Assembly: GCA_020427635.1 (NCBI GenBank)
Contig: JAGQOH010000001.1
Location: 26,155 to 90,154 of the forward strand
Direction of reading: 5' to 3'
DNA length: 64,000 nucleotides
Source: Phycisphaerales bacterium
Lineage (GTDB): Bacteria; Planctomycetota; Phycisphaerae; Phycisphaerales; UBA1924
The notes beneath the pieces were generated by a model, which did not search any database, was not told the origin of the DNA, and saw only the letters and a list, made by a program, of their open reading frames with translations. The position numbers and the translations under genes are program-made. Shown here piece by piece: positions 21,731 through 29,515 of this stretch (positions are counted from its first letter, which is position 1; each line of letters starts with the position of its first letter).

Positions 21731-21746
21731 TTGACGGGGCTGTCAA
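21731..21746. promoter_or_regulatory. TTGAC-N6-GTCAA palindrome (ttgacggggctgtcaa)
   Basis: Overlaps the int2 stop codon, ~37 nt upstream of the HAF gene start. Same half-sites as 22890, 27925 and 29264. Confidence 0.4.
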
Positions 21747-22840
21747 CTGCCAACGTGCGCCCCGCCCCCAAACGGCACCTGAATCGCCTTGGCGAGCCTT
21801 TGCTTGGCCCGGTCGCCCCGGCGGTCGTACTTGGAGGTCGTGACCGGGCTCGCGTGCCCAACGTGCATTTGAATGTCGCTCAGCGGTTCGCGCGCGTCGA
21901 TGAGGTCGCTGATTGCCGTGCGACGGAAGTCGTGCGGGCTCAGGCTTTCGATTCCCGCACCATCGGCGAGTCGCCTGACCGCTTGAAAGACGCTGTTCGG
22001 GTCCAACCGACGAGGCTTCTTCGTCTGCTTCGTCGTGTAGAAAACCTGCTTGCCCCCGCGCGAGACGGGCAACAACAGCGCGCCGTCACTATCACCGCGC
22101 AGGTTCACCCAGCGATCGAGCGCGATCTTCGCGCCGTTCGAGATGAAGATATGCCGTGAGCGCTGGCCCTTGCTATTGAGAATCGCGAGCGTGCCGTTGT
22201 CCCTGTCATAGTCGCAGAGATCAAGCGCGACGATCTCCGCACGACGAAGGCCAACGCACAAGAGGCCGAGAATCGCCGCATCGCGCACGCCGCGCGGTGT
22301 CTCATCGGCTTCCGCGATCTTGAAGAGCGCTCGTCGCTCGCCCCACTTGATGTAGCGCCCGGCAACCTTGTCAGTCTTTGCCTTCTTCGCCCGAAACTCT
22401 CTGAGCAGCGCCCGCTCGCGATCGGTGTTGATGAGTTCCAGTTCGCAGCAAGCGCGAACAACCCCGCGAACTGCCGCGAGCATCTTGTTCTGCGATGCAG
22501 GCGAGAGCGCTGCGCCCTTGCGGTTCCTGATGTTTCCGCCGTTGGTCGCGCCGAGGATCGTCGCCCTGAGCCTCCGCGAGTCCTTGACGGTCATTCGTTC
22601 CCAAGCGATGGCGCGCACATGATCGTCGGTGACATGCGCAAGGTCATCGAGCATCGCGCTAAGCAACCGCCGGAGCGCCGAGCGCATGCCCAGTCGGCTG
22701 TTCTCCGCGTCGAGGCCGTCGATGTACCACTCAACCGGGTCGCAGTCGCGCTCAGGAAGAACCTCCCTCACGAGTTCCCAATCGCAGACGCGAGTTCGGC
22801 TGAGAGTGATACTGGTCCCGGGCTCGGTTCCGGTCGGCAT
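21743..22840 (-). CDS. int: tyrosine recombinase / integrase (int2)
   Basis: GLRRAE (R) ... HDFRRT (HxxR) ... GHAS ... SKY (Tyr); ATG start. Confidence 0.85.
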   Translation of the reverse strand: MPTGTEPGTSITLSRTRVCDWELVREVLPERDCDPVEWYIDGLDAENSRLGMRSALRRLLSAMLDDLAHVTDDHVRAIAWERMTVKDSRRLRATILGATNGGNIRNRKGAALSPASQNKMLAAVRGVVRACCELELINTDRERALLREFRAKKAKTDKVAGRYIKWGERRALFKIAEADETPRGVRDAAILGLLCVGLRRAEIVALDLCDYDRDNGTLAILNSKGQRSRHIFISNGAKIALDRWVNLRGDSDGALLLPVSRGGKQVFYTTKQTKKPRRLDPNSVFQAVRRLADGAGIESLSPHDFRRTAISDLIDAREPLSDIQMHVGHASPVTTSKYDRRGDRAKQRLAKAIQVPFGGGAHVGS

Positions 22841-22889
22841 GGCCTGTTCCTTCCGCTGTACGGTTCGACAACTTCAATTATCGTAAAAG

Positions 22890-22905
22890 TTGACTCTAGG
22901 GTCAA
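22890..22905. promoter_or_regulatory. TTGAC-N6-GTCAA palindrome (ttgactctagggtcaa)
   Basis: 50 nt upstream of the int2 start, in an AT-rich stretch. Confidence 0.45.
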
Positions 22906-23030
22906 GTGAGAAGTTGCCAGATGAGGGCGCGCCGTGCGGCACGCTGCGCAAGGAGGGTCCGCTGTGGCGCGTTGAGCGGTCGGGGATGCCCTGGGGCGGG
23001 GACGGTTGCGCGAACCGGACTGAAGGCCTA

Positions 23031-23324
23031 TCAGGCGGCGTATAGCGAGGCGAGTGAGCGCGCGGTCGCGTCGAACCGCTCGTTGATATTGGGTAAGGCC
23101 AAGATGTCAGGCATTTGTTGTGCCTGTTCGTCGAGCCGCGCACGGATGTCCGCGAAGGCTTCGGCTTGCGAAGGAAGATCAAGAGCATCGACGTTCGAGC
23201 GATGGCCGATCATTGCGAGGGCTTCAATCAATGCAAGGCGTTTCTCGATGATCGAGCGCTGGAAGGCCTTACGCGCACGAAGGTCACGCAAAGTCGAGTT
23301 GATAATTGATCTTGTAGACGCCAC
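23031..23324 (-). CDS. hypothetical protein (island)
   Basis: ORF 23031..23471 overlaps the upstream gene. A GTG at 23324 lies 1 nt after that gene's TGA (translational coupling) and gives a 97-aa helical protein. Start is uncertain. Confidence 0.35.
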   Translation of the reverse strand: MASTRSIINSTLRDLRARKAFQRSIIEKRLALIEALAMIGHRSNVDALDLPSQAEAFADIRARLDEQAQQMPDILALPNINERFDATARSLASLYAA

Positions 23325-23325
23325 G

Positions 23326-23709
23326 TCAATCCTCGCTGCTGGACACGGGGAGTCCCTGTCGAACAAGGGCGCTCGTGTCAAGAACTCCCGCATCGAGTCG
23401 CCCGTCGATGATGTCGGCAGCGATTTCGTCGAGTTCGAGCAGGAGATCGATTCCCTCGCTTGGTTTACCAAGGCAAAACTCGAAAATTGTTTTCACTGCG
23501 GTGATGCGATCCGCAGCGTTCGTAGTCTTATCCGCGGCGATGTTGCTCAGCACGCCAAGCAACTTCGGCAGCAGATCATGCGACTCGGCAACGTCGAGCA
23601 GCCTGTGCCGCAACGTTGACATTTTGCGCCTGACGCTGTTGCCTCGCCCATAGGTATTGCCGCTTGTAAAACGGCCATTTTCGTCGCGTCCATGCGCCGC
23701 CGGCTCCAT
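23326..23709 (-). CDS. hypothetical phage-like protein (GRFTSGNTYGRG motif resembles DUF5681)
   Basis: ATG at 23709 overlaps the upstream stop (ATGA). The sequence looks like a real protein. The family call is tentative. Confidence 0.5.
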   Translation of the reverse strand: MEPAAHGRDENGRFTSGNTYGRGNSVRRKMSTLRHRLLDVAESHDLLPKLLGVLSNIAADKTTNAADRITAVKTIFEFCLGKPSEGIDLLLELDEIAADIIDGRLDAGVLDTSALVRQGLPVSSSED

Positions 23710-24449
23710 CACGCGCCTCCAGCAGCGAGCGCGAGCGGATCGCCCGAAGCGCCGCCAATGCGAGTAATGTCCTCGCGTGCGGCGGCAAGCCGCTCTTCAA
23801 CCGCGCGAATCGACTTCGACAGAGTCGTGACAATCTTCGCCTGCGCAGGTGATCGTGCGATGTTCCATTCAACCAGCAAAGCCTCGACTTGTTCGTCTGC
23901 GAGCCAAGCGCGACGAAGTGGAATCGGCGCTAGCAACAGCGATTCAGGCAACACATCGTCGCCCATTTCGATGGAGTTCCGCACAAGCTCAACAACACCG
24001 AGTGGGACGGTTACGTCGAGTAGGCCGCTCTCTCGCAATTCGCTGATAACTGCAAGCCGTTCACTGAGCGACAGCGACTTCGTTGCTCGGCCTTCGCCGA
24101 GCATCCTTGTTTCCCCTTCAAGGAGGCGGCGCAGATGTGCAAGGTATCGGATTGTGCCAAGCGATTCCAAGCGCTGGCCGTAGTTCAGGGCCAGCCGACC
24201 AAGCTCGGCCTTGCGACCAGTTGCCGTGTAGTCCGTGGAACGTCGGACGTTCGTAGCGGCCTTTTCGAGGTCCGCGCGAAGCAGGTCGAGGCGTTGAATC
24301 TGCTCGCCACAACCGGCGATGTACCGCTTCAGATCGCTTTGGCCGTCGAACGTTGAATCGGCATCAAGCTGTTCACGGCTCGGGACCCGGCCAATGCCAA
24401 ACTCGGCGGCGACTTTGACGACGTCATCCATGACGATTCCTTTCTTCAT
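23709..24449 (-). CDS. hypothetical protein (island)
   Basis: 246-aa ORF with an ATG start (MKKGIVMDDV), helical and coiled-coil-like. No family recognised. Confidence 0.55.
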   Translation of the reverse strand: MKKGIVMDDVVKVAAEFGIGRVPSREQLDADSTFDGQSDLKRYIAGCGEQIQRLDLLRADLEKAATNVRRSTDYTATGRKAELGRLALNYGQRLESLGTIRYLAHLRRLLEGETRMLGEGRATKSLSLSERLAVISELRESGLLDVTVPLGVVELVRNSIEMGDDVLPESLLLAPIPLRRAWLADEQVEALLVEWNIARSPAQAKIVTTLSKSIRAVEERLAAAREDITRIGGASGDPLALAAGGA

Positions 24450-24551
24450 AGCTTCCGCGAAGTGTTATTATCGCGCATCATCAGAGTACGCGCTCACCGT
24501 ACTTGATTCAAGGGTTTGACCGTCGATTTCCGCCTCCTCTCGGGCGACGAC

Positions 24552-25022
24552 TCAGCGAAAGATCAGCAGAAGCTCCCTGGCGCTGAACCCCGTGCCGTCG
24601 GCGTCGATCAACATCGACTCCAGGACGAACCTCAACAGCTTCTCCGCCGCTTCGTCGTCGGTGTCGAGCGTGCGAACCCCGGCCCGCTCAAGCATCCACG
24701 CGGGCGGAGCGTCGATCCGACCGGCCATGGCGCGCAGGACCCAAGGCATCATCGCCGACACGTCATCGAACCCGTAGCCGCCGTCAGGGTCCGGCTCCAT
24801 TCGAGGGACCGTGCAGATGGCGACTGCGAGCCTTGCGCGATTGATCCAACGAGGCGTGTTTCGCTCGGGCAGGGCCGCGAGGAAGATTTCGCTTCGCAGC
24901 CATTCGACGGGAGGCAGGGCCTCGCGCTCGTGATCGGGCAGGCTCGCGTCATGCGCGAGCTTCGCGATGATCTCGTCGAGCGGGCGCGCGTCCAGATAAG
25001 TCTCTTCATGGGTTTGCATCAT
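24552..25022 (-). CDS. hypothetical protein (island)
   Basis: 156-aa acidic ORF with an ATG start. No family recognised. Confidence 0.5.
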   Translation of the reverse strand: MMQTHEETYLDARPLDEIIAKLAHDASLPDHEREALPPVEWLRSEIFLAALPERNTPRWINRARLAVAICTVPRMEPDPDGGYGFDDVSAMMPWVLRAMAGRIDAPPAWMLERAGVRTLDTDDEAAEKLLRFVLESMLIDADGTGFSARELLLIFR

Positions 25023-25094
25023 TCAATTTCCTTTCAGAGGTTCGAGCCGCAAGTCCGGTTTTCGAACGGGGCGCGGATGGGCGCGCCTGGGTCA

Positions 25095-25188
25095 GTCAAA
25101 TTTGACGCGCGCACCGCGCTCGTATGCGCACGCACATAATCAATATCTCCTGCGCGATGCGTGTGCGCACGCATGGAGTGTGCGGTGC
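25095..25188. repeat. iteron-like repeats plus GTCAAATTTGAC palindrome; putative replication origin
   Basis: Perfect 12-bp palindrome at 25095-25106. TGCGCACGCA occurs at 25125-25134 and 25164-25173, with related GCGCAC/GTGCGG motifs nearby. Lies in the 275-nt non-coding gap next to the primase gene. Confidence 0.35.
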
Positions 25189-25246
25189 GTCCCAAATCGC
25201 CCTTCACATGGGCGCAAACTCGGTTGACCGCAATCCGAGCCGACAA

Positions 25247-25282
25247 GTTTGTCATGTGGTGAGCCCCCACCTCATGACAAAC
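25247..25282. terminator. strong hairpin after primase stop (gtttgtcatg..ggtg-agcccc-cacc..catgacaaac)
   Basis: About 14 bp of pairing with one T:T mismatch. The T-run (gttttt) is on the + strand; only ttgtcgg follows on the - strand. Begins 16 nt beyond the primase stop. Confidence 0.5.
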
Positions 25283-25297
25283 GTTTTTCGCCGATCC

Positions 25298-27403
25298 TCA
25301 AATGGGCAAGTCTGGCGCAAGCTCACCCCTCCAATTCGCGTTCTTGTCGAGCAACTTGTTCGCAATCGCACGGGAGAGCAGCATCGCACGACTTGTTCCG
25401 GATTCGACCCGGACACTCCCCGCCTGCTGGGTCGGCCCATCAGGGCCATCGTGCACAAGGCCAAATTCGTGTAGCACTCTCGCGAACTGCCGCTGATTCG
25501 AGATGCTTGCGAGGAGCGGCTTCTTCCGCCCTTGGACCCCTGCGACAGCGCCGTAGCGGAGCGCTAGCCAAACGCGCCGGTCGTCGTCGATCTGAAGCCA
25601 GACCTCCGAGTCGGGATGCCCCCGCGACCATCGGCCCGGCTCAGGCATGTCCAACAAAGCGAAATACGAAGCGAGCCGCGCCATCATCGAAGCGCGTTGA
25701 ACGACCGTCGTCTTCGTGCCGTCGGTCGCTTCCTTCTGAATGGTTACAACAACATCGCGATCGTGCATCAGCGCTTCAACAAGCTGATCCTTGAGCGCAC
25801 GTGCAGCCTTACTGTTTGGACCGAGCGCCTTCGCCGCCCCAACAAGCGTGTTCGGAATCATCTCAACAACGTCAGCCCAAGCAGCGGCCATCAACACACC
25901 GAGCACGCGGGCAGCTTCCTCGTGTGTGCGTGCGCGCTGCGGGTCCCAATCACTGCCTCGTAACACCGCTTCGCGCGCACCCGCCGACTTGTGATTGGTA
26001 ATCCGAGTGATCTTCACAAGCTCACCAAGCTTTTCCGACCATGCATGCTCGCCGAGCACAAACCGAGCATCCCAACGAGCGCGAATGAATTCAATCAAGT
26101 TCGCAATCATCGTCGGTGTGGGAGGCGATCCCCCCGCCAGTGTTTCTGCCTTCGCGATGGCATCCATGCGCGCTGCATGGCGAGAGAGCAATAGCTTCGC
26201 TTCCCCAGGCGCACTCAGTGAACGAATCCACGTTCGTAGGCGGGGCACATCTCGCTTCGATACGGCCCCGCCACCGGCCTCGACGAGTTCCCGAATCGCC
26301 TTCGCCGCGTCTGACCCGGAACGCTCACTCGGGCGCAGGATGATCGGAACCGTTGTATCGCCATAGGTCGCGTCCCAAGTTAGTTCGATCGCGCCTCGCA
26401 CCCTCGCAGCATCGGTCAATACAAGCTTGACTTTGCGCCACTCGCGAGCCTCAGCCTCCGGAATTGCTATGGAAATGGGCCCGTCCGGGGTCTGCATCCA
26501 AGGCGCGGGCGTCACGTCATCGGCCATCGCGCGGGCACGTTCAGACAGGTCATCACCTAGCGGCGAATATCTCTCGCGAAGATCATGGAGCGCAGGATCA
26601 ATGACGTACTTGCGCAGGTAACTGCTCGATCCGCGACTTTCATCCCACTTCGCACGAGCTCGCCCAGATTGCCGCAACAGGCTCTCAAGCTGCGCGCGGT
26701 CTTGCGACCAGAACGCCAACTGGCGAGCCAGTGCAAGATCAGCCTCGCTGTCGCTCTTGTGCCCGGCATCGCCGCCCGCGAAGAGTTCGCGAAACTTCGA
26801 GCCGTTTGATGCGTTCGCTGCGCGTTCGAGGATTTCCGCGTCAGACATCAGCGGCGAACCGAATGACGCCGAGCGAGGACGAGCATCGCGAGGTGTTTCC
26901 GGCTCGGCGAAGTATCTCCCAAACAGCCAATCAATCGCGGGCTGATTCTCGACCACTTCATCCGGGCCATCTCCGAACTTCTCGCCGGTGAAGACGAAGA
27001 ATCGATCGCGGTCATAGACTTCGAGGCCTTTGAACGACATGCCTTTGCTCGTGCGCCGCCTTCCCGGAGGTAGTGTCCCGCGCACATAGATATGCAGGCC
27101 ACGCTTCGACTTCGAGAGCTCCGTGAAGCTCCCGAGCTTGTCGAGAATGTGCCTCGCGTCTGCCGCGAGGTTGCCTTCTTCGTCGATACACCCGTCGAGA
27201 TCAATCCCGATGATCCCTCGTCCGTCAAAGACGAAACCGAGGCCATCGACATGCCTCGCTTCGACTGCCGCACGAGCTTCGCCGAGGCTGAAGCTCGTTC
27301 GCGTCACGTCGCATGTTCGCCCGCGAAGGTCGCGCGGTGCCTTGTCGCCTTTCCAGCAGACCCAGCGCCCTTCACTGAGCGTATTCGGAATGCTATGCTT
27401 CAT
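25298..27403 (-). CDS. primase-polymerase (AEP/Prim-Pol N-terminal domain + PriCT-2-like domain), no recognisable helicase Walker A
   Basis: ORF 25298..27508, ATG at 27403. Motifs GIDLDGC, SKSKRGLHIYV, LEVYDRDRFFVFTG, then KSDSEADLALARQLAFWS...RAKWDE (PriCT-2-like). The C-terminal ~370 aa are unassigned. Confidence 0.75.
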   Translation of the reverse strand: MKHSIPNTLSEGRWVCWKGDKAPRDLRGRTCDVTRTSFSLGEARAAVEARHVDGLGFVFDGRGIIGIDLDGCIDEEGNLAADARHILDKLGSFTELSKSKRGLHIYVRGTLPPGRRRTSKGMSFKGLEVYDRDRFFVFTGEKFGDGPDEVVENQPAIDWLFGRYFAEPETPRDARPRSASFGSPLMSDAEILERAANASNGSKFRELFAGGDAGHKSDSEADLALARQLAFWSQDRAQLESLLRQSGRARAKWDESRGSSSYLRKYVIDPALHDLRERYSPLGDDLSERARAMADDVTPAPWMQTPDGPISIAIPEAEAREWRKVKLVLTDAARVRGAIELTWDATYGDTTVPIILRPSERSGSDAAKAIRELVEAGGGAVSKRDVPRLRTWIRSLSAPGEAKLLLSRHAARMDAIAKAETLAGGSPPTPTMIANLIEFIRARWDARFVLGEHAWSEKLGELVKITRITNHKSAGAREAVLRGSDWDPQRARTHEEAARVLGVLMAAAWADVVEMIPNTLVGAAKALGPNSKAARALKDQLVEALMHDRDVVVTIQKEATDGTKTTVVQRASMMARLASYFALLDMPEPGRWSRGHPDSEVWLQIDDDRRVWLALRYGAVAGVQGRKKPLLASISNQRQFARVLHEFGLVHDGPDGPTQQAGSVRVESGTSRAMLLSRAIANKLLDKNANWRGELAPDLPI

Positions 27404-27467
27404 TTGGAACCTCATTCGCCGCGTCGGACCATGCCAGCAAAAGCAGTCCGCGCGGCGTTTTTCGTTT

Positions 27468-27653
27468 TCAGTTTCGATCCCGAGTGCTGATGTGCTGTTC
27501 AACATCACGCAGCTTGAAACGCCATTGGCCGCCGATCTTCAACGCTGGTAGGCGCTGCTGCGTCGCAAGCCTCGTGACCGTTCGATGTGAAACACCGAAT
27601 CGCTTTGCAACTGCGCGAGCACTCACGAACTCACCTTGTTGGTCTGCCTTCAT
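27468..27653 (-). CDS. xis: AlpA/excisionase-family HTH DNA-binding protein
   Basis: 61 aa. VSARAVAKRFGVSHRTVTRLATQQRLPALKIGGQWRFKLRDV is the MerR-like HTH_17 pattern. Lies directly upstream of the primase. Confidence 0.75.
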   Translation of the reverse strand: MKADQQGEFVSARAVAKRFGVSHRTVTRLATQQRLPALKIGGQWRFKLRDVEQHISTRDRN

Positions 27654-27924
27654 ATGACATGAGCCCCTGACAGACGCCTTGCTGCGTCTGCTGTGTTCCG
27701 GAATCCCGTTGTGTTTGGTGAGGCGTTTCGCCCCGGCTCACCGGTCGGCACCGCGCTGCTTGACCGGAAGCCGCGCGCGTCGCTCGGGATTGGCTTTCGT
27801 GCGGAGCGGGTCAAGCTCCGACCATCCCGGGCCGTCTGGGAGCGGACGCCCCCGCGTGCATGGTCAGAATAGCCATCGGAGCCATCATGTCAAGGCGCAA
27901 GTATTGCGCTGACAAGTACTTACG

Positions 27925-27940
27925 TTGACCCTAGGGTCAA
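27925..27940. promoter_or_regulatory. perfect palindrome TTGACCCTAGGGTCAA
   Basis: 16/16 self-complementary. Located in the non-coding region between xis and the right-arm cargo. Additional half-sites occur nearby (cttgaccg around 27759-27766, cgggtcaag around 27808-27816). Confidence 0.5.
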
Positions 27941-27998
27941 GTTGAGCAGGCCCACTCAGGGGCCTCAGATCGGCTCTGGGCGATTGCCAAGCCGTGCC

Positions 27999-28036
27999 AA
28001 ACAAAACGGGGCCCGCAGGAGGTTCCTGCGGGCCCC
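27999..28036 (-). terminator. rho-independent terminator of the 65-aa gene
   Basis: 13-bp perfect stem ggggcccgcagga/tcctgcgggcccc with a 3-nt loop. On the minus strand it is followed by ttttgtttg. Lies 30 nt after the stop at 28066. Confidence 0.8.
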
Positions 28037-28065
28037 AGGGATCATCAGATCCGTGATACCGAAAC

Positions 28066-28263
28066 TCAGAAGTTGCCGGTGTTCTTGCGCACCGTGCCGC
28101 GCTGAAGGTCCAGCATCGCGGCTTCGTAGTTGCTAATGGGCTTCCCGTTCAGGTTCGCCCCTGTCACAACACCATTCGGAGCATGGACGTGAAGTTGGCC
28201 CTGTGGGATGTCCTTCACGTAGTCCGTGCTCCGCCCTTGTGCCTTACCCTGCGATCCGTACAT
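28066..28263 (-). CDS. small hypothetical protein (65 aa)
   Basis: ATG start, a dedicated strong terminator and non-junk composition (MYGSQGKAQGRSTDYVKDIPQGQLHVHAPNG...). No family recognised. Confidence 0.5.
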   Translation of the reverse strand: MYGSQGKAQGRSTDYVKDIPQGQLHVHAPNGVVTGANLNGKPISNYEAAMLDLQRGTVRKNTGNF

Positions 28264-28318
28264 GGCAGTTCTCCGATCTCTGCGTTCAGATTGCGACCGT
28301 CATACGCCCCGGTCACAC

Positions 28319-28439
28319 GGGCGGGATTCTGGCCAGCCTCCATGAAAGGGAACGGGGCTTAAAAAGCGGTTCAGAGCGGTCGGTCGGCACTTCCCTTCAG
28401 GTTTTTAACGCCGCCCCTTATCATAGGGGGCGGGATTCT
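28319..28439. repeat. 12-nt direct repeat GGGCGGGATTCT x2 in divergent control region
   Basis: Exact copies at 28319-28330 and 28428-28439. The second is adjacent to the hairpin ccgcccct-tatcat-agggggcgg, just upstream of the 153-aa gene. Confidence 0.5.
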
Positions 28440-28475
28440 CTCGCCCATGGTGTACTAGCTGAGGTGGTACGTCTG

Positions 28476-28937
28476 ATGTACGAGAGTTCAACAGACCGAG
28501 AAGCCATCGACCCCTTCCATGGGAACGCCTGTAGTTGCCGGGCGTGCTCGGTGCTAATCGAGCCGGACCAAGCGGCGTATGAGGAATTGAAGCAAACACG
28601 TATCGAAGCCGCACTCGCCCGGCTCACCCAGATCTTGTCTAGCGGCCAATGGAACTCGCGCCCCAAGATGCGGAGTGTCGTCGAAGTCTTGGAGGAAATC
28701 CTCGACCAACCGAATGCGCTGCGTGTCTTCGTGAAGGCGACCTACAGCGACGCGGACGGTGAACTCGTTAGCACATGGGTGCAGGACTTCTTGGCCCAAA
28801 CACATGAGATCAAGGTGTCGAATGTGACAATCGGTAACGTTGTTCGCGAAATTCAGCGGGTTGCACAATCCACCCTTGCGAGACAGAATGAGAGTCTTGC
28901 GGAGAAGACCATAGATGGACAATTCAAATCCATTTGA
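28476..28937 (+). CDS. hypothetical protein (153 aa)
   Basis: ORF 28203..28937. Internal ATG at 28476 is preceded by gaggtgg. CxC-x2-C near the N-terminus, then helical. No family recognised. Confidence 0.5.
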   Translation: MYESSTDREAIDPFHGNACSCRACSVLIEPDQAAYEELKQTRIEAALARLTQILSSGQWNSRPKMRSVVEVLEEILDQPNALRVFVKATYSDADGELVSTWVQDFLAQTHEIKVSNVTIGNVVREIQRVAQSTLARQNESLAEKTIDGQFKSI

Positions 28938-29136
28938 TCGGACTCAGGACATCAACGCTCGCCCGTTGGGTCTTGGCCACAACCCCTACGGCTCTGTTCA
29001 ACCCACGCTTTCAAATACCGACGGTTTGCGTTCGGCGCTAAACGCTTTCTTTGATGAGGTCCACTCAGCGAGGAATCCCGCGTCTGCGCCTTTTGGTGAG
29101 ACGCACGGGCCCCAGAAGCCACCCTCGCTCTTTTGA
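28915..29136 (+). CDS. small hypothetical protein (73 aa)
   Basis: ATG preceded by ggagaag at correct spacing. Overlaps the upstream gene end by 23 nt. Low-complexity Pro/Gly-rich sequence. Confidence 0.3.
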   Translation: MDNSNPFDRTQDINARPLGLGHNPYGSVQPTLSNTDGLRSALNAFFDEVHSARNPASAPFGETHGPQKPPSLF

Positions 29137-29263
29137 AGCCCGCCTTGACACTCGTAGCCGTCGCGCACGCCCAAGTCGCCCGTTGATCGGGGGGTCGAAG
29201 TCGTCTCTTTCGACCCCGCCGACCCTTTTCGACCCTAACTCTAGCGGGGTCAACAACCGACAC

Positions 29264-29279
29264 TTGACCCTAGAGTCAA
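29264..29279. promoter_or_regulatory. TTGAC-N6-GTCAA palindrome (ttgaccctagagtcaa)
   Basis: 75 nt inside attR. Preceded by repeated tcgaccc motifs (29205-29240) and a looser gaccctaactctagcggggtc palindrome. Confidence 0.45.
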
Positions 29280-29353
29280 CTTCAGTAGTATCAGCAACTT
29301 AGTGGTTCTCAATGGCGCGTGAAATAGCGGGGGTCTCAAGCCGCTCGGGGCGG

Positions 29354-29395
29354 CTGGGGGTCAAAAGGTCGCAGGTTCAAATCCTGTCACCCCGA
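29354..29395 (+). repeat. attR: 42-bp direct repeat (tRNA-Pro 3' fragment)
   Basis: Identical to 16602..16643. The upstream sequence cannot form the D-arm or 5' acceptor stem, so it is a fragment and not a second tRNA. Confidence 0.9.
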
Positions 29396-29515
29396 TTTGC
29401 GGTCTCGATGGCCCCGGCAAGTGCCGGGACCATAGTTGTTTACGGCAGGTTCACTCGTATCCTGTCATCCCCGGGTCCCAGGCATTCTGTCTGACCTAGA
29501 TGAGTTGCGTACTCG

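Noticed and set aside
22906-23619. 237-aa plus-strand ORF across the int2-proximal region.
   Set aside because: Arg/Ser/Ala-rich and implausible as a protein. The minus strand carries a chain of translationally coupled ORFs with protein-like sequence, co-oriented with the rest of the module.
25034-25270. 78-aa minus-strand ORF in the gap after the primase gene.
   Set aside because: His/Arg/Ala-rich, no ribosome-binding context, and the region is packed with repeats and palindromes. It is better interpreted as non-coding (origin/terminator).
29300-29395. Possibility that attR is a second complete tRNA-Pro gene.
   Set aside because: Only the anticodon loop through the 3' acceptor half is present. 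The preceding sequence cannot form the D-arm or the 5' acceptor strand.
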